This document shows positions 23,638 to 35,500 of a DNA stretch of 64,000 bases, piece by piece. The notes beneath the pieces are model-generated. The model did no database searches, was not told the origin of the DNA, and saw only the letters and a list, made by a program, of their open reading frames with translations. A program made the translations under genes and the position numbers. Position 1 is the stretch's first letter. Each line of letters begins with the position of its first letter. The stretch comes from Rebecca billardiae RCC1528 (Eukaryota; Protista; Haptophyta): positions 496,001 to 560,000 of the forward strand of contig OZ251236.1 in NCBI GenBank assembly GCA_965240325.2. Direction: 5' to 3'.

Positions 23638-24540
23638 GCGCTTGGCGCGCGCGCGGCGCGGCGCGCTGCGGCCGTCGAGTTGCCGTGCGAAGGCGGCGCG
23701 TTGCGTGCGTGGCATCGGAACGCTACCGTGTTCCGCACTGCGCCCCGCAGCTCGCTCCTCGTCGACTTCGCCGCGCCTACGATCAGCGCGCATGCGAGCG
23801 TCGCCTCGGAATGAGCAGCCCGCGCCGGCCTCAGCCGTGAGCGCCCGCCTGGCGCGCGATGCGATCAACTCGGAGCACGAGCTGCGGCTGGGCGAGGAAG
23901 CATGTGCCTGCGCGCAAGCCTCGCCGCCTTGAGACACCGATCGTGAGCAGGGCATGCACCTTGCACGCAACTATTCTTCTTGCCCTTGCGAATGTCGCGG
24001 TGCCCTTGAAAAGACTCCTCATCAGAGCAACTACTCAAGCATGTCATGACAGCAGCCACGCGCGCAGGCGATGCATACAGATGTACACAAGCCGCTGCGC
24101 GCACACGCAACCCGAAGACTCCTATCCATCACTTCAGGGCGCTCGCGGTCTGTTGTTTAATCTCCACTGCATGCAAGGCTTGTGCAGGCTGATCGGCATT
24201 CGTCGACAGCCGTCTGAAGCTGCATCAACGCTCACGATCGGTGTCTCAAGGCGGCGAGGCTTGCGCGCAGGCACATGCTTCCTCGCCCAGCCGCAGCTCG
24301 TGCTCCGAGTTGATCGCATCGCGCGCCAGGCGGGCGCTCACGGCTGAGGCCGGCGCGGGCTGCTCATTCCGAGGCGACGCTCGCATGCGCGCTGATCGTA
24401 GGCGCGGCGAAGTCGACGAGGAGCGAGCTGCGGGGCGCAGTGCGGAACACGGTAGCGTTCCGATGCCACGCACGCAACGCGCCGCCTTCGCACGGCAACT
24501 CGACGGCCGCAGCGCGCCGCGCCGCGCGCGCGCCAAGCGC
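23638..24540. repeat. Long inverted repeat / fold-back element (311-bp arms 23638-23948 and 24230-24540; 281-bp spacer)
   Basis: The arms read as exact reverse complements. CCA on both outer flanks. Diverged partial arm copy at ~27811-27951. Confidence 0.9.
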
Positions 24541-24719
24541 CCATTGAGGCCAGCGCGCCTCGCGAAGCGCGCTTTCATTTTCCCGCGCTTTGTTTTCGCG
24601 CGTGAGTTTTTATTGGCGTATGACCGGCGTGGGGAACGCCCCTGATTCTCATGAGCAGCCCTCGAGAGACCTTGAACCAAGTTGCCAGGCTCCCGAGCTG
24701 CCGAGCAGGAGGCTCTTTC

Positions 24720-26255
24720 ATGTCGTCGGGCGGCGCCCGCGCGGGCGGGCCCGTGCGCATGGGCGTGCGCGGCACGGGCGCGGGACCAGCGCGCGCTCCC
24801 GCTGCCGCGGGCATGGCTAGGCGCACGGCTGAAGCTGGCCCTCGCAGCGCCGGCACTGGCGCAGCCGCGGCAGCCGCGCTTCGACGCGCGAGCGCGCCGA
24901 CGCTGGCGACATCCGGCGCCGCTGAGCAGCGCGAGGCAGGCCTGCCGCCCGTCCGGCGCGCGTCGGCCTCGCGGCCACGGCCACCGCGCGCGCCGGCTGC
25001 GTTCTCGCCACCGGCACGGAATCCGGCGCCGATCCGCACCGCCGCAGCTGCACCCCCCGCCCCCAGCGCGGGCAGACCGTCGTCAGTTGCAGCGGACGCG
25101 CGACGCCATGCCGAGCTCGAGCGGGCGCGCACGATGGGCCTCCGCCGGCTGCAGAAGGCGGAGGAGCGCCGGAGCGCGGTGGCGAGCACGATCAGCGCGA
25201 GTGACGAGACGCCCGCGCCTCCCGCCGTCGCCACGCACGAGCCGCCGCGGGCACGTGCCGCAGCTGAGCCGGAGCCCTCCGAGCCACTGCCCACCGCCGC
25301 CATGCGGAGCCCAAGGCTGCGCGCAGCGGCATCTGAGCGCGCAGCTGCGCCGCAGCAGGCGCCACGGCTTGCGCCGGCCCAGGCCGGCCCAACGGCAGCG
25401 CCCTTGCCAGCGCGGCGCGTGCCATCGCGCGAGCACGCGTCGCCGCGCTCGCTGTCGTCGGCGTCATCACGCGCCTCGCCCTCGCCCTCGCCGCGCGGGC
25501 TGGCGAGCGCGACAAGCGCCCCGCTGCCGCTCCGCGCGGCGGCACTGCCCGCGGTCCGGCGGCCCTTTGCGCCCAGCGCAGGTGACCCTGCCGCGCGCGC
25601 GGAGGCTGGCCCACACCCGCCGCGCTCGACTGCGCCCTTCATGCTGCACGGCGAGCGCGCTCTCCGCGCTGAAGCTGCCGAGCGCGCCGGCGCCGGCCAG
25701 GTCGCACACGAGTCGGCCAGGCTCGCCCTCGAGCTCGAGCTCGCGCTGCGGATGGAGTGGCTGCACGCGCACATGATCGCGCAGGCGCGCGAGCGCGAGG
25801 AGAGTGAGGTCCAGCTGGCCATCGCGATGTCTCGCTCGATGGCCGATGGCGGTGGCGCGCCCCGCGCGCGCGGCCCGCAGCCAGGGGCGCAGCCAGGGGC
25901 GCAGTGGCTCGCGACCGCAACAGCCGGCGCGCGACACGATGTGGCGGGCGCGGCCGGAGAGGACATGTCGTACGAGCGACTCTCTGCGCTCGAGGACGTA
26001 CGAGTCGGCGTGCCGCACGAGGTGCTCGAACGAGCGTGCCCGGAGCTGCGCTTCGCCGACGCCGCAGCGTTCCGCGCGGCAGCGTCCGTGGACGGCGTGA
26101 GCGACGCCGGCGACTGCGCAGTGTGCCTGTGCGAGCTTGAGGCGGACGACGGCGTGCGGCTGCTCAGCTGCTTGCATGTCTTCCACACGAGCTGCATCGA
26201 CGAGTGGCTCGAGCGCTCGAAGCTCTGCCCGACTTGCAAGACCGAGCTCTGCTAG
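24720..26255 (+). CDS. RING-H2 E3 ubiquitin ligase with UIM and low-complexity N-terminus
   Basis: UIM-like EESEVQLAIAMSRS; DMSYERLSALEDV; CAVCLCELEADDGVRLLSCLHVFHTSCIDEWLERSKLCPTCK. Confidence 0.88.
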   Translation: MSSGGARAGGPVRMGVRGTGAGPARAPAAAGMARRTAEAGPRSAGTGAAAAAALRRASAPTLATSGAAEQREAGLPPVRRASASRPRPPRAPAAFSPPARNPAPIRTAAAAPPAPSAGRPSSVAADARRHAELERARTMGLRRLQKAEERRSAVASTISASDETPAPPAVATHEPPRARAAAEPEPSEPLPTAAMRSPRLRAAASERAAAPQQAPRLAPAQAGPTAAPLPARRVPSREHASPRSLSSASSRASPSPSPRGLASATSAPLPLRAAALPAVRRPFAPSAGDPAARAEAGPHPPRSTAPFMLHGERALRAEAAERAGAGQVAHESARLALELELALRMEWLHAHMIAQAREREESEVQLAIAMSRSMADGGGAPRARGPQPGAQPGAQWLATATAGARHDVAGAAGEDMSYERLSALEDVRVGVPHEVLERACPELRFADAAAFRAAASVDGVSDAGDCAVCLCELEADDGVRLLSCLHVFHTSCIDEWLERSKLCPTCKTELC

Positions 26256-26657
26256 CGGCCTGCTAGCACGGCGGTACGGACTCGGTCCACCACCGGCACC
26301 GGCCCAGTCCGGTCACTGCTGGAGCGTTACATCTTGATCATCAGCGACACGGAAACGGGAAATCGTCAAATCGATCGGCGGGGTCGCCGCCTCTGAGATG
26401 ACAATCGATCTACAATAATATAGCAGCGCGCTCCTAGCAGACCACCCTGCCGTCCGACTCCGCCGAGGCAGGCCGCCCTACGGCCTTAACCGTTTACTAG
26501 CAGTATACCGTAGCTACCCCGGCCGCCGGCGGGCCGGCGAGCGGGCGCGGCTGGCTGCTACCATCAATAATAAACGTATACGCACCTGCTGATTTTAATA
26601 ACCGCGCCTCAGTCGTAGGTCCGAACACTGAAACACTCCGAACCCGCCGTAGTAGCA

Positions 26658-26840
26658 GTAGAGAGAGAGAGAGAGAGAGCAGAGAGTCAGAGAGAGCCAG
26701 AGAGAGACGAGAGAGAGATCCGATCGAGAGTCAAGATCGTCTGATCGATTGAGAGAGCAGAGACGGCGGCGGAGAGATTAGAGAGAGTAGTACTAATTAC
26801 TATATATATATATATATATAATAAATATAATATATAATAA
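26658..26840. repeat. (AG)n-rich and (TA)n microsatellite tract
   Basis: GAGAGAGA... followed by TATATATA... runs. Confidence 0.85.
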
Positions 26841-27376
26841 GCTGCTAGTACTACTGCTACTATAATAACAGTCGTACTACTGCTTCTGGCACAACGACGC
26901 GAGGCCGGGCCGCGGTCACGGACACAGTGAGGGTGATTCATGGCGCATCCGCTGCGCACCGCCATGGGCATGCTGCACAGCGCGAGTGATTCCCGCCGAC
27001 GCACCAGCTTCTACGCCTCGCAGCGGAGGCTCGGAGCGCCGCCATGCACGAAGCCCCGGGGCCGGGGCTTCCCCACCGGCACCAACGAGCTAGCAGGGCG
27101 TTGCAGGTGCGACCAGCGCGCCGCTGCCACTGCGCGCTCGCCAACATGAACGGTTGAGGGAGTCGCGATTGCGGCCGTTCGTCCCGCCGACTAGTCCGCC
27201 CTGTGTGCTATCGCCGTGACCCCGCAGTGCTGTTGGTCGACCGACGACGGCGTGAATGCGGTGACGATGCGGGGCGGGCCGCCAAGTGCGGAGTGGCGGC
27301 GGCGATCGTCGATCTAATCGCGGGCCGAGATGTCTGAGAGTGCCAGACGAAGATCTCATCGCGCGTGCCGCCAGTG

Positions 27377-27727
27377 TCAGCGCTGCTTCGGCACGGGACG
27401 GGGCACAAGACCGTGGTCTTTCGGGCGAACGTCGATCGGGCCGTCTGCCAATATAGCCTTCATGAGCTCCGAGCCCGGAGGTGCGATGCTTGCCTCGGCA
27501 CCTTGCGACATGCTTGAGCTCGTCTGACGTGGTGGTGGTGTTGACTGCTGCTCAGCACCCTCAGCAAGAGCGGGGGGAATGGTGGCGACGGCGACCAGAG
27601 AGCTCGTAGCGGAGATGAATGCTGATCGTGTGAATTCAGGCACGGACACGCGCGAACAGTTGCCACGAGCAAGCAGCCCGAGGACCCAAAGGAAGAGAGC
27701 TGCCATGGATGTGGGCGTCATCGCCAT
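27377..27727 (-). CDS. Small protein with putative signal peptide and thylakoid-lumen-like targeting segment
   Basis: MAALFLWVLGLLARG (signal-like), then TRSAFISATSSLVAVATIPPALA (Tat-like with an AxA cleavage site), then a short mature peptide. Confidence 0.5.
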   Translation of the reverse strand: MAMTPTSMAALFLWVLGLLARGNCSRVSVPEFTRSAFISATSSLVAVATIPPALAEGAEQQSTPPPRQTSSSMSQGAEASIAPPGSELMKAILADGPIDVRPKDHGLVPRPVPKQR

Positions 27728-28767
27728 CGATAGCTTTTGCCTTTTTGTTACACACGAAAATACCGCGGCCCGTCGGTTGTACGATGGCGTCGATGCCGGC
27801 TCACGGCTGACGCTGCGGCCGTCGTGTTGCCATGCGAAGGCGGCGCGTTGCGCGTGCGTGGAATCGGAACGCTACCGCGATACGCTCTGCGCCGCGCAGC
27901 TTGCTCCGCCTCGTCGACTTTGCCGCGCCTACGATCTGAGCGCGCATGCGAGTGTTGCGCTGCCTCAGACCGGCTCGGAGTCTGACTCAGTCTCAGACTC
28001 CGACAGACTGAGATAGCTCAGAGTCAGAGTCAGAATGAGAATCGTATCGTACTACTGTCTACTGTCTACCGTTGATGATCCATAGTTAAGTTACTACTAC
28101 TCAGCAGTGCCGACGACGATGCATGAATGGCACAGATTAATGAGACTTGATCGTTGATTCAGACTCTTGGCCGAGTGGCCCGAGGCCCCGACTCCGAGAC
28201 TGCCGCAGCACCGAGCCAGCCAGTCGGAGCTGCACACTTGCTTCGTCACCGCCATCCGCATCAGTCATTATTATCCCGATCACGCTACCGATGAATGCGG
28301 GCCGATGCGCATGATGATTATCCGCGCGCGCGACCGACTACCGCATCAGGCGTACGGCCCGGTAGCCCGAGCGAGCACGCGGCCACCACGACGATTGCCG
28401 GGTGGGCGGGGCGGTCATTTTCGTGAATTCTCCAACGAGAGAACGATCGTCGAGTGCAGTACCCACATAGACAAACGAACGTACAGCCGTGCAAAACACA
28501 CCGCACACGCAGATGCCCGTTCTTCGACAAATAAGACATGGGTGATGGGGAGCCGAGCGTTCGTATACTTATTACTTCGTTGCCCGCGGGCGGCACGGGT
28601 TCTGAGGCAAATTATTATATTATTGGAAACACCGAAAGACGGGCAGACGCCCGCGAAGGGCTGCGCATCACTCAGCAGTACTCACTCTTGGCATGGCACA
28701 CTCATCACTGATCAATCATATATATATTCAGATGCTGAATCTGATAACGTACTACGTAACGTCTTAA

Positions 28768-30120
28768 CCCCTATTGTGGAACGATTTTCGGGTTTTCCGC
28801 CCCTAGGGCGAGGTAGTGCGGCTCGGCGAGCGATCTTAAGGTGTCAGGTACTGGCCATGGGTCCTACCGAAGGGACCATACACCTCTGAGGGTGCGGAGC
28901 TCGGAACTCGCCCGCGCGCGCGCGCGCGCGCGCGCGCGCCCGCGGGGTGCGTCGACGGGTCGACTGACCCCTATTGTGGAACGATTTTGGTTCCTCGCTC
29001 AGGACGGTGCCACTGCTGGCTCCTGAGCGTTCGCAGTCGGCCCACTGGCGCTCGCCGGCGCGCTGGTGGTGTGGGCACCCGCCCTCGACCCCGCAGCCGC
29101 CGGGGGGCACGTCTTGCCCGCGCGAACCCTCTCCACAATGAGTGATGCGGTCGACGAGCGTGTCCGTCATGGACGCTCGCTCGCCTTCGCGTGGCGCCTG
29201 AGCCGCCGCCGACACCACCGCTTCCAGGGCATGCTGGAGAGCGTCGAGAAGGGCGCGCCGCTACGCAGGAAGAGAAGCGCCGCATCGATGCAGACCTGCC
29301 GCGTGGTCGGCGCGAAGCCGAGTAGCGCTATCTCCGCGACCCAGTTGGTGTGCATCTGCTCGACCGTCACAGCCGCTCAGCCGCGGCTGCAGCCCCAGCG
29401 GCCTCGACGGGCTGGTCGGGTCCTTCACCATCCGACAGAGCGTGGCCCGTTGTCACGGCGTATGAGCCGAAGTCGGCGACAGCTGTGCCCTCACGCCAGC
29501 TCCCCGCTCTAGACACAGTCCCTGATGGCTGCATCCGGCGGGTCGTAGTCCACTCGCGCCCAGCCGCTTCGTGCGGCGCGGCTCTCGCGCGGTCGGCAGG
29601 CGATGAAGCTGCTTTGCGGGGTTGGGCGTCGCCTGACGGTCCGGCACCTTCGGCTACGCGTTCGTCATCGCCACCAGTCAGCTCGCGCCGCCGCACCGCC
29701 CCCCGCCGCGGCGGGGCGTCCTCGACCCTCCAAACCAGGAATCAGCCATGCTGACCTGACCCAATTCGTGTCACTCGCGCTCCATCCACGAGTGCGGCAG
29801 CGGCAAGCCGGCTTGATTCCCTGCCCGGGCTGCTTTCGGGGAGCTCCCAAAAATACCGTGCGCGCCCTCCCGGCCGAAGCTTCGGCCTACAGAAGCCGAA
29901 AACCATTTTTTCACACCAGATTCTCAGCTCTGACTCCAGCAAACGATCGACTGCGGACGGCGCTGGGGCGGGGCTATGACGACGTTCTTGGGCTCATTGG
30001 ACGCGCCTTGGTCAGGCGCACACGGCGGTAGCCGCCGATCTCATCGCCTCCGCGACATCCGAGCTCTACATAGGAAAAACTGGCACCGTTCCACAATAGG
30101 GGTCCGTTCCACAATAGGGG
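28768..30120. mobile_element. Non-autonomous piggyBac-like DNA transposon (1353 bp)
   Basis: TTAA on both sides (28764-28767, 30121-30124). TIR CCCCTATTGTGGAACG / CGTTCCACAATAGGGG. A second, asymmetrically placed internal copy of the TIR at ~28966-28983 and ~30087-30104. Confidence 0.85.
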
Positions 30121-30275
30121 TTAAGAGTAAGACGCTAGTGATGATGACGATGCTGCTGCTGTCGTCATGCCATCATAACGCCCCACTCTGCCTCAGTGCC
30201 CTAGCAGTCCATGACTTGCACCTGAGTCCGCCGCGGCGCAGGACCGGACTAGCTGCGTGCAAGAGTCTGACGAAG

Positions 30276-32368
30276 TCAGACTCGACGATGCGCGAGCTGC
30301 TGAGAGTGGTGACGCGACTGCCGAGCTCGGCCCTGATTCGAGCGGCGGCCATGAGCATGGGTCCCTGCATGGGCGTCCCCCATGGTGGCTGCGCGCGTCC
30401 GCGGGAGTGATGGTGACGAAGCCTGCTGAGACGGATGATGATGGAGCGCGGAGTCGCACGACGCCAGCAGCTGCAGCGTCACGCAGGTGCGAACAGCCGA
30501 GGCACCGAGCGAGTGGTTGTGACGCGCGGCGACGACGCGACATTGGGCGCAACGGTTCGTGAGGGAGCGGGGCGGGGTGGAATGCACGTGTGACGTGAGC
30601 GTGGGGGTGGCGCAGCCGTGCGCACGATGGGGCAGCCCACATGGGCGAGGGGGCGCATCGTCGCGTTGCGCGCGTACCTGCGCGATTCGATCGTCGAGCG
30701 CGGCGAAGCGATCCCCTGGGCCGCTGCCACGCGCCTGATCGATGGCAGTCGCAACCGGGGCGGTGTGAGCCTGTCCGGACGTGCGACACGTGACCCGACG
30801 GCCGAGGGCGCCGAGGCCCGGCGTGTGCGCGCCATCTCCTCCCGATCGAGCGTGCACTGCTGAGTGTGCACCTGCGGCCGCGGCCGTGTACAGCGCGCGG
30901 CGCGCACCGGTACGCTGGGCGGGCGCGGCCGGGCGGCCGCTGGCCGGAGCCGAGCTCACTGGGCGCGATGCGAGCAGCGCCACCTCGGCGCCATCCTGCT
31001 GATAATGCTCGGATGAGCCAAGGCCGTGCGCTGGCGGTGAGCGCTGCGCGTGTGATGCGCTGATGGCCGCGAGCGACGCGACTGCAGAGCGCTCCGCCTC
31101 TCCCAGCGCGGTCGAGCCCGCGCTGCCGCACGCACCCGCGCTTCGCGCGGCGGGCACGGCGGAGAAGTGGCCGAAGGCGAGGTCATCCACACTCCAGTCG
31201 CCTCCCCGCATCTCGCCGCCGTCCGCGCCTCCGCTGCCGAGCGAGTCGCGCGCGGCCGGGCTGTGCGGCAGCACCATCGACGTGGGCCCAAACGCAAACG
31301 AGCGCGCGGACGTGCCCGCACGGGCGGCGGGCGAGGGCGCCTTCTCGTCGTCAGGCATCGACCATGCTGGCTGCACACCGCACGAGGCGGGCAGCGGGAA
31401 GTCGCCCAGCACGTTGTCGGCGAGATCGCGACGCGCCGCCGCCTTTGCCGCAGCGAGCGTGTCGCGCGGCGCATCCGCGCTGGCAGCCGCGCGCGTCCCC
31501 ATCCGTCGCACTCGCGCGAGGTGCGGCGAGACGCGAGACGGCGTGGAGGAAGGTGAGCGGCAACGCGCGAGTGCCGCCTTTGCGCGTGCTTTCTTCGTGC
31601 GCTCGTGGGCGGCTCCGCCGCCAGACGCCGGCGGTGCTGGCCGTGGCGCAGCCGTTGACGCATGCTCCGCCGTGCCCGCCGCCTTCCCCGGCGCGACCGA
31701 CGCCTTGGCCTCGGACCGCTTCGGCGTGCGTGGGTGCGGCACCACGCGATGAGGTGGAGGCTGGACGTGCACGTCCGAGCACTCGATGCGGCCGTGCAGC
31801 ACGGGAAGCGGCCTGTGCGCCGCAGCCACACGCGCGCGCGCGCGGGTGAGAGGCGGAGCACAGCCGTCGGTGTGCGGTGCGCGCTCGCGGCCTTGCAATA
31901 AGACGGAGAGGGCCACGCGCGAATGAGAAGGCGCGCCTTGAGCTCAAGGAACGCACGCGCGCACCATGCACTCGCGATCTTGGCCACCGGATGCTCACAG
32001 CAGTCGAGCCGCCGCGCGAACGGCCCAGTGGAAACGTGAGCGCCCACGCGCGGCACGTCAACGCACAGCCGTCCGAGGCAGACGCGCACGGGGTGGGCGT
32101 GGCGGGCCCACGGCCAGTCCTGAAATACGGCCACATTGACCTGGCTGCGCGCCCCGCCCGATTCGGCGGCGGGCACGCCCGTCCACAGCAGCTGCGTGAA
32201 CACATCCACAAAAATGCGCCGGCTGTGCTGCGAGACCGCAAAGTCGTCGGTCGCCTGCACCTCGCCGTTGAACGCGGCCTCGAGGCAGACAACCGACTGC
32301 GCGATGTACTCGTCGACGATGGGCACGATGCCCTCGACGCGCTCCACGTGCAGCAGGACGAGCGACAT
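30276..32368 (-). CDS. Protein with N-terminal CEP120-like (DUF3668-type) C2 domain and disordered tail
   Basis: MSLVLLHVERVEG...VCLEAAFNGEVQATDDF...FTQLLW resembles the first C2 domain of CEP120. Intron 31813-31964 joins ...SAW|PLPVLHGRI. A probable second intron starts at 30677. Confidence 0.55.
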
Positions 32369-32501
32369 CAGCGGCGGTCAGTCGCCCGCTGTAAGTGTGG
32401 GGCGGGTTTAAAACTGTACGCACCTTATTTTTCCGGACCGCCGCCCACCCGGACGCCGCCCGCTCGAACGGCGGGTGCCGGGTGGGGGGGGGCGCACTCG
32501 A

Positions 32502-35500
32502 ATGGCGCGCGTCGAGCTGCCGGCGCGCGTGACGTGCAGGCGCGTGGACGACAGCCCGTCGGACGTTCTTGGTGCGGGCGCGCTCGTGCTCAATCGCACA
32601 CGCGTCCTCGCTGCGAACTACCGCCAGCCGCTGCAGCACACGCCTGGCGCGGCCGTGGACGTGCTGCTCCGCGGCGGCGCGCGGGTCGAGCGGCGCAGCT
32701 CGGCACCCGAATGGGTGCCGCCCGAGAGCCATCCGTACGGCCCGAGGGCGCGTCGCGCGCGCGAGACGATGGAGCGCCTACGCGATGCGCGGGCGCGCGA
32801 GCGCGCGCGGCGCACTCTCGTCGAGGTGCCGCCAGCGCCCAGACGCGGCCACGCGGCACGCAGCCGCAGCACGGCGCGCGGGCGGCTTTCAAAGCACGCG
32901 CCATCGACGCGGCACTCGACGTCGGAGGCGGCGCAGCGCAGCTCAGCGGCCAGCACGCGGCTCTCCGATGAGGCCAAGGAGCTCGCCGCGCTCCCGCTGG
33001 AGGAGCTGCTCGCGAGGAGCGCGTCCAGGCGCGCAGCGCTGCTGCCAGCTGCTGCACACAGCGGCGACGAGGACGCTACAGCCGGCCCGGTGGCGGAGCG
33101 TGCGCAGTCGGCGCCGGCGGTGGAGCTCAGCGGCTGGACGACGATCACGGGCTCGCAAGCCATGCTATCGGACGTGCCAACCCCGTCGTCGCGCCCCGCG
33201 GAGGCGGGCGTCGACGCACCGCCGTCGCAGCCCGCTGCCGGGCGGGCGACGTCGCCGCTGTGCGCGGGCTCGGCGTGCTGCGCGCTCTCGGCTGCGGCCG
33301 GCTCGCAGCGGGTCTCGCTGGAGCCACGGCGGCCGCTCGCCGCCGTGCCGCCGGCGCCCGCACGCGCACTCTCGCAGACCCTCCTGGCGATCGAGCGAGC
33401 TGCCGAGCGCGACCGCACCGTGGCGAATCGGCGCTCGTCAGCGCGGCAGAGCAGCTTGGGCATGGCGGCTGGTGGCGCGCCGCGCGAGAGTGGCGCGGGC
33501 TCCGCGAGGGCGCCGGCACGGCAGGCGTGTGCTCGCATCTCCGAGGCGGCCACGGCGGCCAACCAGCGCGCGTCAGCCGCCAGCGAGCCGGCCAAACCCT
33601 TGCCGCGCTCGAGTGGTGATGCAGTGCGGCCGGGTGCACACGTGCCGCGCCGCGCCAGCCAGCCGGAGCCGGCGGCCGCACCCGCGCGCTCGGCAGTGGG
33701 CAAGGCGCCTCGATCCCGCGCGGCGCTCCGAACGCACGCCGCGCCATGGCATGTGCATGCCACGCGCGCCTCCTCCTCGTCTGCGCGCAGCGCTGGCAAG
33801 AAGGCGCCGCGCACGGCGGCCTCGCGGCGCAGGCGCCTTGGCGAGCGCGCTGGGGGTGGCAGCGCGAGCGCTCCAATGTCGGTCCCGCTGTCGCAGCAGC
33901 TCGCGCTCCCGCTCCCAGCGCGCGACAGCGGCGCATTCGTGGGCTTCTCGGTGGCGGCGGCGGCAAAGCCAGCAGCGCACACCACGGCCTCGCCTGCGGC
34001 GGAAGAGCCCGAGAGCGCGCCATCTGCGGCGCAGGCTGGCCCCACCCGGGCCGGTGCGAGTGCAGTGGCATCCGTGGTGGGCCTCCCCAGCAAGCCACAG
34101 GTGCCAGCAGTGGCCAGTTCGGCCAACCCCGGCGCTGAGCGACCTTGGCGGCCGCCGCCCCCGCCGGCCGTGCGGCCACCGCCGCAGGCGCCAGCTGCGG
34201 GCGGGTCGCGCCTCGAGCTCGAGGCTTCGAGGGCGAGGCAGCTCCAGGCCAGCCGCCGGCTGTCCGTGGAGCAGCGCGCCGCGGCCGTGCAGTTCATGCG
34301 CGAGAAGCACCGGCAGCGCCGCGAGCTGGACGCCGAGGCGCGGGAGAGGCGCGAGCAGGAGCAACGGAATCGCCGAGCCGCCCTGGAGCAATTGAGGCGT
34401 TTCCACGCAGCCCGGAAGACGGGGATGCGCGCCGCGGTCCACTCGGAGCACGTCGGAGGCGCGCCTGCGACACGATCCACGACGACACCCGCAGCGCCGG
34501 CTGGCCCCGCCCCTCCTGCGCCCCCGCACGCCGATGGCCAGAAGCCGCCCCTCGCGCCACAGCGCGATGGCCTGCCTACGATGCGCGTGCCGCCAGCCGC
34601 ATCGCGCACGACGATGGGCAGTGGCAGCTCGGGCGAAAGCGCTGCCATCGCCGAGCCGCCGACGTGCCACGCGCCGAAAGACGGCTCGCAGGTCGCATCG
34701 ACCGCGGCGAGCCGATCATCACTGGGTGCGGCACCGCATACGGTGCAGCCCGCGCATGCCGGCACCGACGCGCCAGCAGACTCGCTGCAAGCCCGCATCG
34801 ACGCCAGCGTTGCTGTGGCGATGCAGCGCCTCGGCGCCTGCGCAAGCTCGGGGCCACGAATGGCTTCGCCCAGCGCCACCCGAGCAGGTGCCGATGCGAC
34901 GCCTGTGGCGCCAACGTTCGGCACGCACGGGGCCGCCGTCCTCAACGCGTCTGCTTTTCCGCGTCTCACGGGCCTCAGCCCACATGCTGACCACGTCGAC
35001 GCCCTGGCGACGTGTGTGCTCGATTCACTCATGCGGGGCGCGCTGCGCACGCTGGGCATGGGGGCTTCAACCGCTGCTGTGGGGCCGCCGCCGCATGCAC
35101 GCATTCCATTCCCCGCAGAGAGGACACAGTGCGTGGTCGCTGCTGCCCACTCTACAACGGCAGACCCGACGCTCGCAGAGCCGCGGCGGGACAGCGGCGT
35201 GTCGACCACGTCGACCGCACAGCACGATACGATCGCCTCGACTCCGTCCAGCATGCGCACCACGGACGATCCTGAGGTCTCGGCGGTGGCACCGACTCCA
35301 ACCTCGCCCCATCGTGCACCGCCGCCGTCCGCACGCCCGACTTCGCCGCCGCCCCACAACATCCCCAGCCCGCCGATTTCGCCCACCGTCGTGCCGACGC
35401 TGACCCCGTCTTTTCTGGCGCGGCGCCGTGAGGCCGAGCAGTCTGGTCACGCTGCCGCCACCTCGCCGGCTGCGTCGTCGCGCTTGCCCACCGCACGTCT

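Noticed and set aside
28167-28889. 240-aa ORF crossing the piggyBac-like left end
   Set aside because: Spans AT-rich intergenic DNA and a transposon boundary, lacks the codon bias of real genes here, and has no motifs.
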